Shown piece by piece: positions 63,938 to 64,000 of a DNA stretch of 64,000 nucleotides. The number at the start of each line of letters is the position of its first letter. Position 1 is the stretch's first letter. A program made the position numbers and the translations under genes. Source of the stretch: a virus; IMG/VR virus record IMGVR_UViG_3300020183_000008, positions 1 to 64,000 of that record. One strand, written 5' to 3'. The notes beneath the pieces are model-generated. The model did no database searches, was not told the DNA's origin, and worked only from the letters and a program-made list of their open reading frames with translations.

Positions 63938-64000
63938 ACCTCAACCGTCGTCCTATGAACTTCGAAGTTAAAATTAAAGTTATAATTAAAAGGTTTTTCA
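63934..64000 (-). CDS. 3' end of an upstream gene, probably a paralog of 62615-63937
   Basis: Reads EKPFNYNFNFNFEVHRTTVEV-stop; resembles ENPFTLNYSFTFNC; ATGA overlap. Confidence 0.55.
   Translation of the reverse strand, partial: EKPFNYNFNFNFEVHRTTVEV

Noticed and set aside
19952-64000. Stop-codon reassignment as seen in some large phages
   Set aside because: Conserved genes (terL, dnaX, dut, rSAMs) are full length in the standard code, and TAA, TGA and TAG all occur at gene junctions.
1-64000. tRNA, rRNA, integrase, transposase or intron/intein
   Set aside because: None was recognised by eye and intergenic gaps are short; tRNAscan-SE and Infernal would be needed to exclude small RNAs.

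Overview
The window looks like part of a large tailed-phage genome (jumbo-phage-like, standard genetic code, mostly overlapping or abutting genes). (1) 1-19780 is one uninterrupted minus-strand ORF that the ORF track omits because it has no stop inside the window. It encodes a collagen-like protein of at least 6593 aa built from almost Pro-free G-X-Q-G-X-T hexads, with three copies of a ~130-aa globular domain. All ORFs listed in 1-19.6 kb are its shadow frames. (2) 19952-28024 is a glycosylation island facing away from it, with about six glycosyltransferase domains (one GT-B split across two genes) and three methyltransferase domains. (3) 28-40 kb holds a Dps/ferritin-like gene, a 2OG-Fe(II) oxygenase, a Gly-rich fibre, and the portal and terminase genes. 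(4) 40-45.9 kb encodes a sigma/HTH protein, a NusG paralog, DnaX, DnaN, an RdgC-like protein and a TOPRIM primase. (5) 45.9-56.4 kb is a plus-strand cluster with DnaJ, four radical SAM enzymes, a 196-aa protein ending in CHCSCHSSCHASRARR, a small Cys-rich protein and two 2OG-fold proteins, interrupted by an inverted dUTPase. (6) 56.4-64 kb holds a sugar acetyltransferase and baseplate/tail genes. The two strongest candidate new systems are a micrometre-scale, probably O-glycosylated collagen fibre with its own glycosylation machinery, and a RiPP-like multi-radical-SAM system acting on a (C-H-x-S)3 tail. All product calls come from motif reading, with no database search.
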